Source: Vicugna vicugna
Taxonomy: Eukaryota
NCBI GenBank assembly: GCA_013265495.1
Contig: MU058844.1
Span: 8,493,260-8,557,259, forward strand
Direction of reading: 5' to 3'
Length of the DNA: 64,000 nt
Both the position numbers and the translations under genes were made by a program. Under the pieces are notes generated by a model. It saw nothing but the letters and a program-made list of their open reading frames with translations. It was not told the DNA's origin and searched no databases. How positions within the stretch are numbered: the first letter of the stretch is position 1; each line of letters opens with the position of its first letter. Below, one piece after another: positions 38,441 through 51,703 of this stretch.

Positions 38441-40749
38441 CTTTCCTTTTAGAACTTACTTCCTAAAGAAGATAGATCAAGATAATTTCAGACTGTGATA
38501 AATACTAAAGAGGAATTAAATGTATTGATGAGATAGAGTCAATGTATTGAAGATACTCTCTTAGATCAATGCTGAAGGAAGGGTTCTCTAAGAAGATAAC
38601 TTTTGAGTTGAGATCTGAAGAATGGGAAAGCTCCAGTCCAAAAAAAAAAAAACAAAACAAAACTGGAAGATTCCAGGCAGAAAAACTTCAAATGTAAACA
38701 GGAATGTTCTAAGATCTGAAGAAAGGATTATGTGGCTGGTGTGCAGTGATGGGTGGGAAGAGGAAGCCAAGATGTTATTTATTTAGCATCTTGCTAGCCA
38801 TATTAAGAATTATTAATTTCATCCTAAAGTTGAAAAATGTTAGGCAGACCATGTACTCATTTAAAATATATTTAAACATACGAATATGGTAAGTTGGAAT
38901 ATGTAACAATCCTTTATAGTAGTTATCTCTGAGGAGTGGTTTTAAGGGGGAATTTTTACTTTTAAAAGTAGATTTTATAGTGCTTTAACTTCGTATACAT
39001 GTTTAACAGACTCTCACTTTCTTCTAAAATCATTCTCTCCTTCTACATTAGTAAGACTATGGTAATGGACACGTTTAGACTGTATAGCTTCTGTTCCCTT
39101 GTAGTTAACGTGTAGTCACATGGCTAAATATGTGAAATTTATAATTATATGAAATAATATGCGTCGTTCTTATCTTTTACAATAGTAGTTTGGCCCCTTC
39201 CATGCTTGCTTTCTTCTTGTTTTGGCTACTTGCAGAGGCTGATGAGAATGATAAAGCCTTAAGATGGAAAGAAACTTTGTCTTGAATGATTGCATGAAGG
39301 GGAGCCACACTGATACATGAGAGAAAAAAAAAACGCTCTGGTGTTTTAAGCTCTTAAAATTTTGGATTCTCTTACCATAGCTTAGTCTAACTTAACTAAA
39401 TATATTGAAGTACATGTATTGCTCTCATAATGGAATTAATTTAATGTAATAATTTCAATTGTACTTCAGGTTAAGCCTTAAGTCCTTACGAAGCTTTGTT
39501 GTAAATAGGTCAAGGAATTACTCGGAGCACTAGAACAGGGGAATGTTTGAGAATTTTGGTGAAACAGTATTTAATAATTCCAGTGACTGATCTTATAGTC
39601 TATGGCATATACTTAGATTCTCAATGATCTTCCTCTATTGCATCATGTGTCAAGAAGCTTCCACTTGTCTGTATCAAGGACTAGGAAGTACCATTGGATT
39701 ATACATTTTCAAATCACAACTTACACAGTATATTACCAAAATGTGACAAAATACAATTTTTCACATTGTCAATTTTCTGAGACTATTATTAGATTATTAA
39801 ATTTAAAGTCTCTTGCTATTAAAATTAAGTAGCTTGTGTTCTAATGACCAGGCATGTCAAATTACCTTAGTATGAACCTTGTACCATCTATTTACATCTT
39901 ATTAGCATCTGTACTTGTATGCACAGAGCTTGAGAACATATTATAAGTCTGCATGTCTATTTAGAAAACAAATCTAGAGGTCATACAAAGACAATTCTAG
40001 AGGTCATGCAAAACTCTTATTCTCTCTTTAATTTATATTATTTCTGCTGAACCCATTCAAAATGAGAAACTCTTTTCTAACATCTCTCACATTGTTTTTG
40101 GTGAAGTGCAGTAACTGGCGTTGTATAATAAAAAAATTATTCCCTGGCTCCAACCTCATGTTCCTGACATGATATCAAATCTATCTCTGCTAAAATAGTC
40201 AAACATTTAAGGAAAATTTACTGTGCTGTTACTTCTAATACTGAAAAATTTGATCTAAAAAACAATAAAAAATCATTCTCTACCTCTCTAATGGAACATA
40301 AACAACACTAGAAATGTATAATCTGAATGTGTTATAATAACCTAGAAAAATTCTGTGTTAAGTTAAAATTAACTAATAGAATAAAAATTGTATCTGTGAT
40401 GCTGTGACTAAAATTATATAACTAAATAATTTTGTAAGGGTGTAGCTAAAGAAAAAGAAACAGAGTTTAAAGATTTGATTTATTGGAGTCGCAAAATTGT
40501 GGTTGGTATTTTTCCTCTTTTATTTATATTTTATTAATGGTGCTATAATGTTGTTTACGTATTAGGGAATTAACTCATTCGAAGTCATTCTTTAGTCATA
40601 ATTAATTGTTGAGTACCTGCGTTAACCTAGATTCTATCTTGAGCTCTGGGAATACACAGTTGAGAAGACAAACTCACTGCCTATTATAGAACTTACATTC
40701 TGTTGAGGGAGAGATACAATAAATAAATAAGTAGATGATATAATTTGCT

Positions 40750-41120
40750 GTGTCTCTTGGGTTCTCTAGAAAGTAGACACTGAAATGGATGTAGGAGTGA
40801 AAAGGTTTACTGGGGACTAACATTAGTGAAAAGAAAAGGGGGGAAGCAGGATTGGGCAGAGGTCAACTATGCTGCTGCCCTGACAGTATTCCCACCAGTC
40901 CAGTGAGGCACTCCAGAGCAAAGAGTTCTCATTAGAAATGGCTAGGTCCTTGTATCGACACATTGGCTGAGGTCACCCAGAGAAGAGTGTCACCTGCACT
41001 CAAAACTGAGGCAGGCTCTGAAGGAGTTAGTAGTGGGGCTGTTAGTTAACCCCCCTCCTCACTTCTGGGCAACAAATCTTTCTCAAAGGAAGGTCTGAAA
41101 GGAGTATCTCTTTGTTCACA
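40750..41120 (-). mobile_element. LTR16-like ERVL LTR
   Basis: gggttctctagaaagtagacactgaaatgga...ggaagcaggattgggcaga...ctccagagcaaaga. Confidence 0.7.
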
Positions 41121-41326
41121 GTTTTGTAGATAAAAACAGAATAAGAAGAAATAGTGGGAGGTTTATTTTAAATAGCATAGTGAGGAAAGCCATTGATAAG
41201 ATAATAATTGAGAAGAGATTTGGAAGTTAGTTTCAATCCTTTTGATGATCTGGGGTAAGGATATTCCAGGAGAGGGTTCAGCAGTGAGAAGATCCTAACA
41301 TGGGAACAAGTCTGTGTGGCTGAAGT

Positions 41327-41820
41327 GAAGACATGGAAGCAACCTAAATGTCCATTGACAGATGTTTGGACAAAGAAGTTGCACTCAGCCATGAAAAAAA
41401 AAATAAAATTATGCCATTTGCAGCAACATGGATGGATCTAGAGATTATCATACTAAGTGAAATAAGTCAGACAGAGAAAGACAAATATCATAGGGCATCG
41501 CTTACATGCGGAATCTAAAAAAATCATGAAACAGAAACAGACTCACATAGAAAATAAACTTATGGTTACGAAAGGGGAAAGCGGCAGGGGTTGGGGGGAG
41601 AGGAAGGAGAAATTGGGAGTTTGGGATTAGCAGATACAAACTACTATATCCAAAATAGATAAGCAACAAGGTCCTACTATATAGCACAGGGAATTATATT
41701 CAATAGCTATAATAACCTATAATGAAAAAGAATATATATACACACACACATATATATATGACTGAATCACTATTATACGCCAGAAACTAACACATAACTA
41801 GCCATACTTTAATTTAAAAA
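41327..41820 (+). mobile_element. L1 ORF2 end plus 3' UTR
   Basis: aagacatggaagcaacctaaatgtcca...gccatttgcagcaacatggatggatctagag...tatagcacagggaa. Confidence 0.9.
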
Positions 41821-41825
41821 GAGTC

Positions 41826-41947
41826 AGTTAATTGTAGATGTTAACCATATCTACAAAATACCTTTAGAGAAATACCTAGATTAGTGTTTGATTAAATAAC
41901 TGAGGACTAGAGTTCAACCAAATTGACAAATAAAACTGACCACTACA
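41826..41947 (-). mobile_element. MLT2 LTR fragment
   Basis: gatgttaaccatatctacaaaatacc...ctagattagtgtttga...ttgacaaataaaactgaccactaca. Confidence 0.7.
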
Positions 41948-42735
41948 CTCTTTGAAACTGTATGTTGAACATGACAAAAACAGATTGCTTTTCCTAGATT
42001 TTCTCAGATAATCCTGGGGTCAATTTGGTCAAATCTAAGATGCTATTGATTGTAAGACACACCATTATTTTTGTACCACTAATGAAGGAAAAAAAAAAAA
42101 CTGTCAGCAGTTAAGCTAACATGTTATTGGTTGTAAGACATATCCTTATTTCGGTGATGTTAAAATAATAAAACTATGTGTATATTAGAATTGATTAAAA
42201 AAGTGTAAATTAAACTTAAAAAATTTAAAAAGTGTATTTTAGATTCCTAGTTGACATGTAAAGAGTTTAAGATTATCATGAAGCTCAGAGAAGTAGAGTG
42301 GAGATTAAATTTGGGAGTCATTAGAGTTTAGGAGAAATTTATAACAATGAGAATGACTAAGATCACCTTTGGAAGTGAGTGCATATAGAGAAGTATGCCT
42401 TTGATTGAGTCCCAAGGTACTCCACAAGGAACAGGTAGTAAAGGAGACAGAAGAGGCGCATTCAGACTGTGTAAGGAAGAACACCAGGACATGTGGTGTC
42501 CTGGGAAGCCAAGTTGTTTGTTTTTTTTCAAAGGGAAGATGCTCAACTATGTCAAATGCTGCTGAGAGGTCAAGTAAGATGAAAACTGGGTGTTGACTTT
42601 TGGAAATGGTAAAATGGAAATCAATGGTGACCTTGACAGGAGCAGTTTCATTACATTCACAGCAGGGAGGAAAGCCTTCTTTGAAAGCAAGGTTAAGAAA
42701 AAGGGAATTGGAACTTGAGAAAAAAGAAGCAATGC

Positions 42736-42740
<5 letters not shown>

Positions 42741-42786
<46 letters not shown>
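42741..42786. repeat. (GT)n microsatellite ending in (GC)n
   Basis: About 19 GT units followed by gcgcgcgt. Confidence 0.95.
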
Positions 42787-43306
42787 TTACATTTTATCCC
42801 TAGAAGACATTCTTTTTTAAAAGGCACAATACATTGTATTCTTTGGACTCTATATTTTTTTCTCTCACTAAATGACAGATCTGAAATATAGTTGAGTCAG
42901 TTGATGAAGCTAGTCAAGTTCTACTGCTAAAGTTTTTGACTATAGGTAGTGCTAAACTCTTTATAAATACTGTTTGGTAAAAAGAGTTGGATGAATTTTG
43001 CTAATGAAAAAGTTACTACCCTAGATGCCAAGAGCTAAATATATCAATATAAATTTCATAAATATTTTGTTTGGAGCAGCATCTAATATACATTTCTACA
43101 TCTATAATTAACCAAGTAAAGGAAAAATTAATTGGTAGTTAAGTTATAGTAATTGTTATGGGCTCACACATGCCATTATTATTAGATTGTTTCCACATAC
43201 ATGACCACATTTAATACTGAAAATGATCCTGTGAAAAATGAAAAAAGTGAGACTGCGTTTCTGGTAACTTGCTCAAAATCAAAATAGCTACTTTCAGGTA
43301 TGGAAT

Positions 43307-43770
43307 CGTGAAGGAAAAGCTGGGCTGGTCTAACAAAATAACTCACAAGTCTAGGAATGTGAAGGAGAGGCTGGGCTGGGATAACAAGATAACTCACAAA
43401 TCTAAGTATCGGAATACTGATCTGAGTTCTGCTGGACTAACTTGTAAATCTAAGTTAATTAGTGTTGGTTTGCTGTTTATGTTTTTTTGCCAGCCAGCTG
43501 GGTTTTCAGAGATACATATCTGGCTTTGGAATATTGGTTTGCTGACTCCCTGCCTCCACCTTTGTGATGATAATGCTGCTAAAGCTGTTCCATGCCTATT
43601 GGCCGAATACCCCAAGCTTGTACTTTACCCTATAAAACCTCACGCACACGTCTTGGAGGTGCTCAGAGCTTCGCAGCAGAAGCCCCTCTGAGCCCGCCGG
43701 CGTAATACATTGAGTACTCCAACCCTCCGAGTGGTGCTTGTTTCTTGACTGGCCTGTCGTTTCCGTAACA
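43307..43770 (+). mobile_element. Young-looking ERV1-class solo LTR
   Basis: TSD gaat at 43303-43306 and 43771-43774; ATTGG 43598-43602, TATAAAA 43631-43637, AATACA 43704-43709; ends gtaaca. Confidence 0.88.
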
Positions 43771-43897
43771 GAATTTGATTGCAAGTCTGACATTAGGCTC
43801 TTGCTTACTCTGCTGTGTAATGCTACTTCTTCGTTTAAAATTACCAAACAGCTTAAAAGAGGCAATCATTTTTGCCTGGTGTGACACTAAGTGGTTA

Positions 43898-44536
43898 TGA
43901 GACAGGAGGGAAGAGGGTAGGGCACAACCACTCAGGGAATGACAGCAATTTAACACCAAAATGGTAGAAGATTCACCTCCTGGTTGGCCTTAAGGATTAA
44001 GAGGTTTGACTTCTAGTAGACCTTGAGCTTCATTATATGCTCATTGTAACAGCGTGATCAAATAACATGCCCGCAGGCACCATGACAGCCCCAAGGCTAA
44101 CCACAAAAGGCCAAAGAATGGGCGGTGGCCCAATTCCTGGGAATTGCAGCTCCTTCCCCAGGGCAGATGGATTGAACCCACCTGTAGGCGTGTGAAGTTA
44201 CTGAGACCATAAAAAGTGACACCACCACGCCTAGTGGCCCTTTGTGCTCTCTCTCCCCTTTGGAGACGGCCCGCACTCTGTCCATGGAGTGTGTACCTAC
44301 TTTTACTTTAACCTGAGCACCCAATTCCTACACCTCTTTCCTTGCCTTTCTCTTGCCTTACACTCTATGCAGTGTGTATCTCTCTAAATATATCTACCTT
44401 TACTCAACGGTGGCTCGCACAGGAATCCTTTCCTGTGCAAAGCCAAGGGCCCACACTTGGCAGGGCACGCCCCAGGGGCTCAACTGAGACCTGGGACTTG
44501 GCCCTTCTCATGACCCACATCCGTTTTCCTGCATCA
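43898..44536 (+). mobile_element. ERV1-class LTR (TGAGACAGGA family)
   Basis: Colinear with 36620-37224; ends ctgcatca. Confidence 0.9.
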
Positions 44537-44866
44537 TCTCGAACCAAGATGCCAGAATATTCAACTTCCAGTAGACCTTGAGCCTCATGGCACACCCACA
44601 GGCTGTCCATAAAAGAACAAAAAGTTTCCAGGAAATCCTTGCTCCTTCCCCAAAGTAGTTGGAATAATCCTCTCACTCACTAGCAAATGAAATTACCAAG
44701 CCCATAAAAACTAACACTCTGCACCTTGTGTTCCTCTCTCTCTTGCCTTCTGAGATGACCTGTACTCTATGGGGTGTGTATCTTTTTAAATAAACTTGCT
44801 TTCACTTTACTATGCCTGCTCTTGAATTCTTCCCTGCACAAGGCAAGAACCTATTCTCCGATAACA
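44537..44866 (+). mobile_element. Related ERV1 LTR (3' portion) abutting the previous LTR
   Basis: acttccagtagaccttgagc...aaagtagttggaataatcct...aataaac...cttgaattctt...gataaca. Confidence 0.75.
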
Positions 44867-45789
44867 ACACCAATCAAAACTTTTAAGGACTTCAGAATGA
44901 ATTACAACCCAGTAAAGATCTAAGAATTACACATGTAAATTAAGGCCAAATAGTCTATTTTTCTACATAGTGGTTAGTTAAATAATTTGGAGAGTTGACC
45001 TAATTAGTAGAAATGAATTTTATATGAAAATATTTTTATATGTTCTGTATATATTCTTAGCATAGAAACATACTTAATTTTTATAGAATTTCAATTGTAT
45101 AGCTGTTAGCATCTTTAACACCAATACACATACATATACACAATTAGGAAATTTTGCAAAATTCTTGATCTTGAGGAGAATAGGCAAGGAAGAACAAATT
45201 TTAAATTGGCACTTGAAATGTTGACTGTGGTATAATAGGCATATTTGGTACTGATAGGTAACATAAAGATTAAGACATTTGTTTATGACTTTATGTAAAA
45301 TAGTAATCAGATGCTATAGTATAGCACCAATTATTACCTAGGTAACCACATAAATGTATTATCTTGAACTGAATTTATTAAATGAAAAGTTTTCTTTTGG
45401 ATTCCCGCTATTGCAATGTGAAAAATGAGAACAGGATTTAAAGTGATTCAGAATTGCATAAAACAGATTTCGAATTACATTTTTCATGATTAGAAAAGAT
45501 AAAATAATTACAAAATTTGTTTCAATTAAATATCCCAGACAACATATGGTGATGATTTACACTGTATTACTCATTTTCCCCTAAAGAATTTGAATATGCT
45601 CTATATTGCTGTTAGGACATTCTGAGAATACTTTGTATGAATTAGCTATTGTTAGACATTTTTTATATTATACCTACTTTATTCAATGAGAAAAAGAAAC
45701 TGACAACTAAAAAAATCCAAGTTAGATACATCTTTAACTCCCATTTATCTTTCTTTTGTTATTTTATCATGATGTGGCCTTGATATTGA

Positions 45790-46205
45790 GGCAGATTCCA
45801 TTCTCCACCCCCTAGACCCCTCAGTTTTTCAACTAGTTCTATTTCCAAGTTAGGTATAGTCATGTGGCTAAATTTTCTCTAACATGCAAATGGAAGTGAT
45901 GTGTGCCACTTCTGGACCTGGTCCACGGTAGTTCCCACCACAGTCTCTTATGCCTGTTAGTCAGATGCAATTTTATTGTAACAGTGACCCAAATTTAATC
46001 ATACGATAAAGATGAGGCACTAAGGAATGGTGGAGGAACATGAAGGAAGGAACCAGGGTTTCTGAATGAACATGTGGAGCAAAGCAGCTTTCTGACCTGG
46101 ACTGCTCCTTTCAGTCTATCAGTTGAGAGAACAATACATTTTTGTCTTTTTAATACTACTCAATTATTGTTAATTATTTTTATTTTAGCAGCCCAGCCTA
46201 AATAA
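45790..46205 (+). mobile_element. Old MLT1 LTR
   Basis: tagtcatgtggctaa...ggaagtgatgtgtgccacttc...ggaaggaacc...ttagcagcccagcct. Confidence 0.6.
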
Positions 46206-47816
46206 CAGTGAGGGAAGGAACAGGTCCAGAAGTTTTCTCAAGTTCATGGGTTCAAGTTAGTCTGTTTATCCGTGGGTCATATCCTCCCCCATAATGACAT
46301 CAGTCTTGCTGATACAATCTTTTTCACACTCCTCCCCAGTTCTTTCATCATCCTTTCATGGATCTAATTCTAATAAATGCTTGCTCTATTTATTTGCACT
46401 TTTTCTTATTTTAATGCTATTGCCATAGCTAGGAGTAGGGTTCGTATCTATTGCCAGGACAACCAGGAGCGGCTTTTGTACATCATAATTTTGCAAGAGA
46501 CGTTTAGCTCAACTTGATTGATTTTCATGTTTGTTTTTGGCTAGCCTTACTCTTGCAAGTAAAAGAATCCAAAGTGTTCCATGGTCTACACATTTTCTTT
46601 CTTTGTTTTCTTTTTTTTTTTTAATCTCTGATGATTTACATAGATTCTGATGAAGATATGAAATCAATGATTTTATGCCTTTTTAATATATACAATTTAT
46701 ATTTCCCTATATATATATGTACTATATATTGTATTTACATTTTTGTATACCATATATTTAATATGTTTTTCTATACAATATTTATTATTTTTTGTATTTT
46801 CCCCATTCAATATATTTCTGTTCTTAAGTTATTTTCTGGCCAACACTCCCTGATTTTATGGAGGAATAAGATAAGAAATAGAAGGAATAGTTAGCTTAGA
46901 TGATTTCATGAAGATGCCAGTTCTCAAACTTGGTTTCTCTGACTCCAAGTTCTTTTCTTTTTTTTTTCCATAAATGGTAATGGAGTGACGTGCTAGAATG
47001 TACAATGGAAATACTGGAAATAGTAGAGTCAACAGCTTGAGGGAAGAAGGGTTAGAAGATTAGCAAAGAAAAGCAAGGGATAAAGAGATTTGCAGACTTG
47101 TGGAGAAGCTGAGCTTGTTTTAGGTGACCTAGGATTGCAGGGTTGAGAGGCTTCATGGGAAGTAATTGTTCTTAGATATGCCAGTAGTGGAGGAGCGTTC
47201 TTGTTGTCAGAACTGGTTGACCATTCCCAATACCTGCATGGACTAACTTTCTACGTCCAGAGTAGACATAAAGGTCTCTGCTGGGGAGTGTCTTAAGGTA
47301 TGGGCTGTGGGTAGTTGCAAGCCCTGCTCTAGCACAGCCTCTCCTGACACTAACAAGAATCTCTTTACCGGGTCTTGCTAATTTGCAAAATGAAAGCACT
47401 AACAGAAGGCTCTTTTCCTGGTGACTGGACATGGTCTAGCTCTCATTTACAGCTTAGTTACAGGCTTATTTATGGCTTTATCATCTTTCCATTCATCTTT
47501 AACTGATCTCTTTATGTCCTCACTTTGTGGATTTTATCACATACTAATTAAAATGCATGAAACAATAAATGTATGCTTTTATATACAGTGATATATAAGG
47601 CAGTATCAGTGAGGATAGGAAGAAAGAGATTTTTATGAGAAGCTTAAAAAAAATCAACAGTTAAAAAAAATCTAAGAGAAGATATCAGCTATTTTTAAAT
47701 GTCCAAAAAGTAACTTTGTGGTCTTTTTCATCATCTCATCTATATCTTTGTGTACAAATGTTATGAGCTGGCCACCAAAATTTGTTGGGATTGTTCCACC
47801 ACCAGTAATGGCTAAC

Positions 47817-48152
47817 ATTAGTTTACTAGGCTGCCATAACAAAATATCACAGGCTGGTGACTTAAACAATAGAAATTTATTTTCTCAAGTTCTGGAGGCT
47901 AGAAGTGTCAGTAGGTTTGATCTCTTCTGAGACCTCTCTCATTGCCTTGCAGATGGCCACTTTCTGGCTATGTCCTCATCTAGTTATTTTTTTCTTAGCA
48001 TACACAGCCCTGATGTTTCTCTGCATGTCCAAATTTCCTCTTCTTATAAGGGCTCCATTCAGACAGGATTAGGGTTCACCCTCATGGCCTCGTTTTAATT
48101 TAACTAACTCTTCAATGGCCAAATCTCCAATTCAGTTGCATCCTGAGGTACT
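47817..48152 (-). mobile_element. MaLR LTR (MLT1A-like)
   Basis: ggctgccataacaaaatatcacaggctgg...ttaaacaatagaaatttatt...tctggaggctagaag...tcttcttataagg. Confidence 0.85.
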
Positions 48153-48159
48153 TGAGCCA

Positions 48160-48405
48160 TAGCTAACATTTAATAAATGCTAATGATATGTCTGCACTGT
48201 TTTAAACTCTTTTCATGTACTGACTTGTTTAATCTTTGAAACAAATCTATGAGCTAGATGCTATGAAAAAAACCTTCTTTTCATAGTATCTAGCTCACAC
48301 TATGTGAAAACGGAGGCACAGAGAGGTGAAACAAATTTCTCAAGATCACAAAGGTAATAAGTGGCAGAACAGAGAACGCATGGAAGTTGCCTGGTCTCCG
48401 AGCTG
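48160..48405 (-). mobile_element. MIR SINE containing an inverted repeat
   Basis: agctaacattt...gaggcacagagaggtgaa...caagatcaca...taagtggcaga; 20-bp stem at 48250-48297. Confidence 0.75.
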
Positions 48406-48893
48406 CTCTCAGCTGCCATGCTGTTTAGTGTTAGTTTGTACAAATTTAAGGGTGAACACACTAGGAATGGATGCTCAGTTCAGAAGATGACTTCATGTTC
48501 TGGCCCCACTACTCTATGCCTTTCAGAAAGCTTTCTGTGCTCTTTAGGTCTTCCATAGTCTTCTTTTTGTGAAGAATAATGGACAGGATGATATAAAGCT
48601 CTTCTGTAAATAAGGACTACATAAATGTCAACTTTATAGTAATTTAATCAGTAGGAGTGTGTCACTTGTATTTATGGGCAGCCTGGTTACTGAGCAGAGG
48701 AAATTGTGTTGATTTTCAGAGAAAACAGATCCATGACAATGTGAATAAAAGAAGATCATATAATATGTGGCAGTAAACCTTTTACTTCATGTAGCAAATC
48801 CAACATGGTACCCAAAGATCTCAACCTTAGTTCATGTGTACCTTCTAATTTCACAATTAAGCAAAAAATTTATTATTCCAAAACATTCAGAGG

Positions 48894-49499
48894 TGAGAAA
48901 GAAAAAAGTAGCCCCTGACATTGGGAAACTGTTGTGACACAGCTCTAAGTTTCAGAATTACTTGGTGCTGGCCTGGTACTTACAGCTGGTGATTCTCCCA
49001 TTGGACAGAAATAATCAAACACCAACTCATCAAACCCCCAGAGCAGACAAGGCCACTCTGAGACCGCAACAGAGTGTGACAAAACAAGGCCACCTCATGA
49101 CTTTTTAAGCACATATAAAAACAAGATCACTGTGTTATTTACAAAACAGCAAGCATCCCCCTCTCCTGGGTAACATAAGTGACTGCTACTTTATTACCAA
49201 TTACAGCAGGAGACTTTCTTTGATGGGCTGTCCATACAGATGGGCTTTACTGAGATACCCAACCACAGAATTGTCCCTGCTTTCTGACAGCATCTAGAGT
49301 GAACCTCTACTTTCTTAGACTCTCCTCGAAAGCACCCAGCCAAAGCCCAAATCCTCTTATAGGCTCTTTCTACCACCCTCTTCCTGAGATGGCCCACAGT
49401 TCCCCATGCTTCTTCCCCCTTTGCTTCATGAGTGAATAATAAACCCAACTTGTTCAATTATAAATGTTTCCGGTGGTCTTTAGCTGAAGGGCAATGATA
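48894..49499 (+). mobile_element. ERV1-class LTR (MER67/MER31-like)
   Basis: tgagaaag start; agacaaggccactctg; aataaacccaacttg; TSD-like gagg/aagg. Confidence 0.75.
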
Positions 49500-51287
49500 A
49501 AGGCAGTGCAATTGCCCAACCAGATTTTAGGAAAACAATTTCATTTATACTACTACTTTCCCAAGTGACAAAGACTTAAAAAGATCTTTTTTAGTCCATA
49601 CAGCTTTGGGTATTTGGGGGAGACTATTTCAGTAGGAGAGAAAAAACTTCCATTTGGATACCTCCGTTTTGCTTCTGCCGTGACAGACCCACATATTTTT
49701 AAGTGCATCCTTACGCTTTGCTTGACTAAGAGTGTGAGGTTCTGAATATCATGAATTCCATCTTGTTACAATGACTGTCACACATGGTTTAGCCCCAAAC
49801 TCTGGTTCTATATATTCTTACATTCTTCCCACCCACAATGGAAAAAGAAAAGAGTTATACTGGTGTGTGCTGCCTGCCCAATTTGGCTGCTAACTGTCCA
49901 CCCACTGTTCTTTCCTTTTTGCCTTACGCCTATGCTGCAGTTTGAGTGATCAAATTAAAAGATAGGTCTAATTAACTGTAAGAACTTTGTAAGATTCTAA
50001 CTAGAAAATCTGCTGCTTCTGGCTCACTTTTTTTCCCCTCACAGAGAAACTGCTTTGTACTTACAGCTTATTACTGTTTGATAATTTATACAGTATTTGC
50101 CTACACACACATACACACATTCAACTGATTCAACTGATTTTGTTCTAACACTTCAATCCACATGCCTATATTCTGTGGCATGATATGGTTGCATAGCAAC
50201 CTTTGCAAGTTGTGAACAAAAAAACACCTTGTTATTGGGTTCTAGAAGAGAGATTTTCAAGTACCATCGAGCCAGGAGTTTCATAAGTAAGAATTTTTTT
50301 CTTATACTTTGGTGGAAGTATATTTTAAAAGGGAGGATTGGCATCTGTGATAAATCAGAGAGAAACAGAACTTTCAGACACCAACACAACGCTGATAAAC
50401 CAACTGGCTTGATGGATTCTAAGACTTTTTCCTTTGTTAAACATGAGTTACTGTTGGACTTGAGTTTCAAATGGTTTGAGTATAGATGTTTATTTTTAAC
50501 ATGATTAGACTAATTCACTCATATACTGAAGCAACCATCCTTCCACCTATGATGCCAGGTGCTGGCATTTGTAAAGATGTATCAGACACAAACACTATAC
50601 AAATAAATTTCATAGATTTTGGTTTACCCTTTGGATCTGGCTGAAGGTAAAGAGGTCAGAAGGCTCAGTGCCTGAGGACTCTCCTCTTTCATTACAAGGA
50701 TTGTTTATTCTTTCAGAATAAAATCTGTAAATCTGTGGTCTTGCTGTGGGAAGTCTGACTTAAAGGAATCCAGTTTGAAAATGCATGGTTTTTTTCTTAT
50801 TAGTCAAACAAGTTGCTATTTGTAGTGTTGACAACCCGATTTTATATTCACTGTCTGCCTGAATGTCCCTAATTAAAACACTTACACAGGGAGAACTCGG
50901 TTTCTGACCGTAGCACACCAAGGAGAACTTTCTGGTGCTGTGGTCTTCACCTGGCTGCATGGTACTTTACCTGTTTGAGTCGTCCTCTTGCATTCTATTC
51001 CTCTAATGTTTCCGAAGCACTTGTTTTCTGTGTGAGTTGCTTATTATTGTCCATCTAAGGAGCTTCAGTTTGCTAAAACGTAGTGGTCACAATAACTGTT
51101 TTCATTCATTCTGAATTTAGACCCTGTCCATTAAAACTGTATTTCAGAAAATCGTTTTGGTGTTAATGGACTGTTACTGATGTTCTGAGACTGCACTGTT
51201 GATGAGAGCTATGTTTCACATTTCACACTCAGAAAGAGTCAAGCGCAGGACTTTTTTTGACTCTGGGTCTAATGTCTGTAATAAACT

Positions 51288-51703
51288 TGTGATGGTTAAT
51301 TTTATGCGTCAGCATGACTGGGCCACAGGATGCCCAGGCAGCTGGTTAAACATTATTTCTGGGTGTGTCTGTGAGGATGCTTCTGGAAGAAATCAGCACT
51401 TGAATTAGTGAACTGAGTCAAGTGGATGGCTTTTTCCAATGTGGGTGGACATCCTCCAATCCACTGGAGGCTCGATTTGAATAAAAAAGGCACAGGAAGG
51501 TTGAATTCAGTCTTTCTCTGCCTCACTTGAGCTGGAACACTGATTTCTGCCCTTCATGCTCCTGGCTCTCAGGTCTTACATAATCAGCTCTCCAGCTCTC
51601 CAGCTCTCCAGCCACTGAGCTGCACCACCGGCCTCTTGGCTCTCCAGCTTGTGGAACTTCTCGGCCTCCTTTAGTTCTGTTTCTCTGGAGAACCCTGACT
51701 AAT
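51288..51703 (+). mobile_element. MLT2 (ERVL) LTR
   Basis: tgtgatggttaattttatg...aaacattatttctgggtgtgtctgtgagg...gttctgtttctctggagaaccctgactaat. Confidence 0.9.

Noticed and set aside
43269..43691. Longest ORF (140 aa) with an internal repeat
   Set aside because: Lies almost entirely in an LTR; the peptide repeat is just the U3 duplication; the start codon is not ATG
47177..47297. AG...GT-bounded candidate coding exon
   Set aside because: Stops in all three frames and a weak polypyrimidine tract
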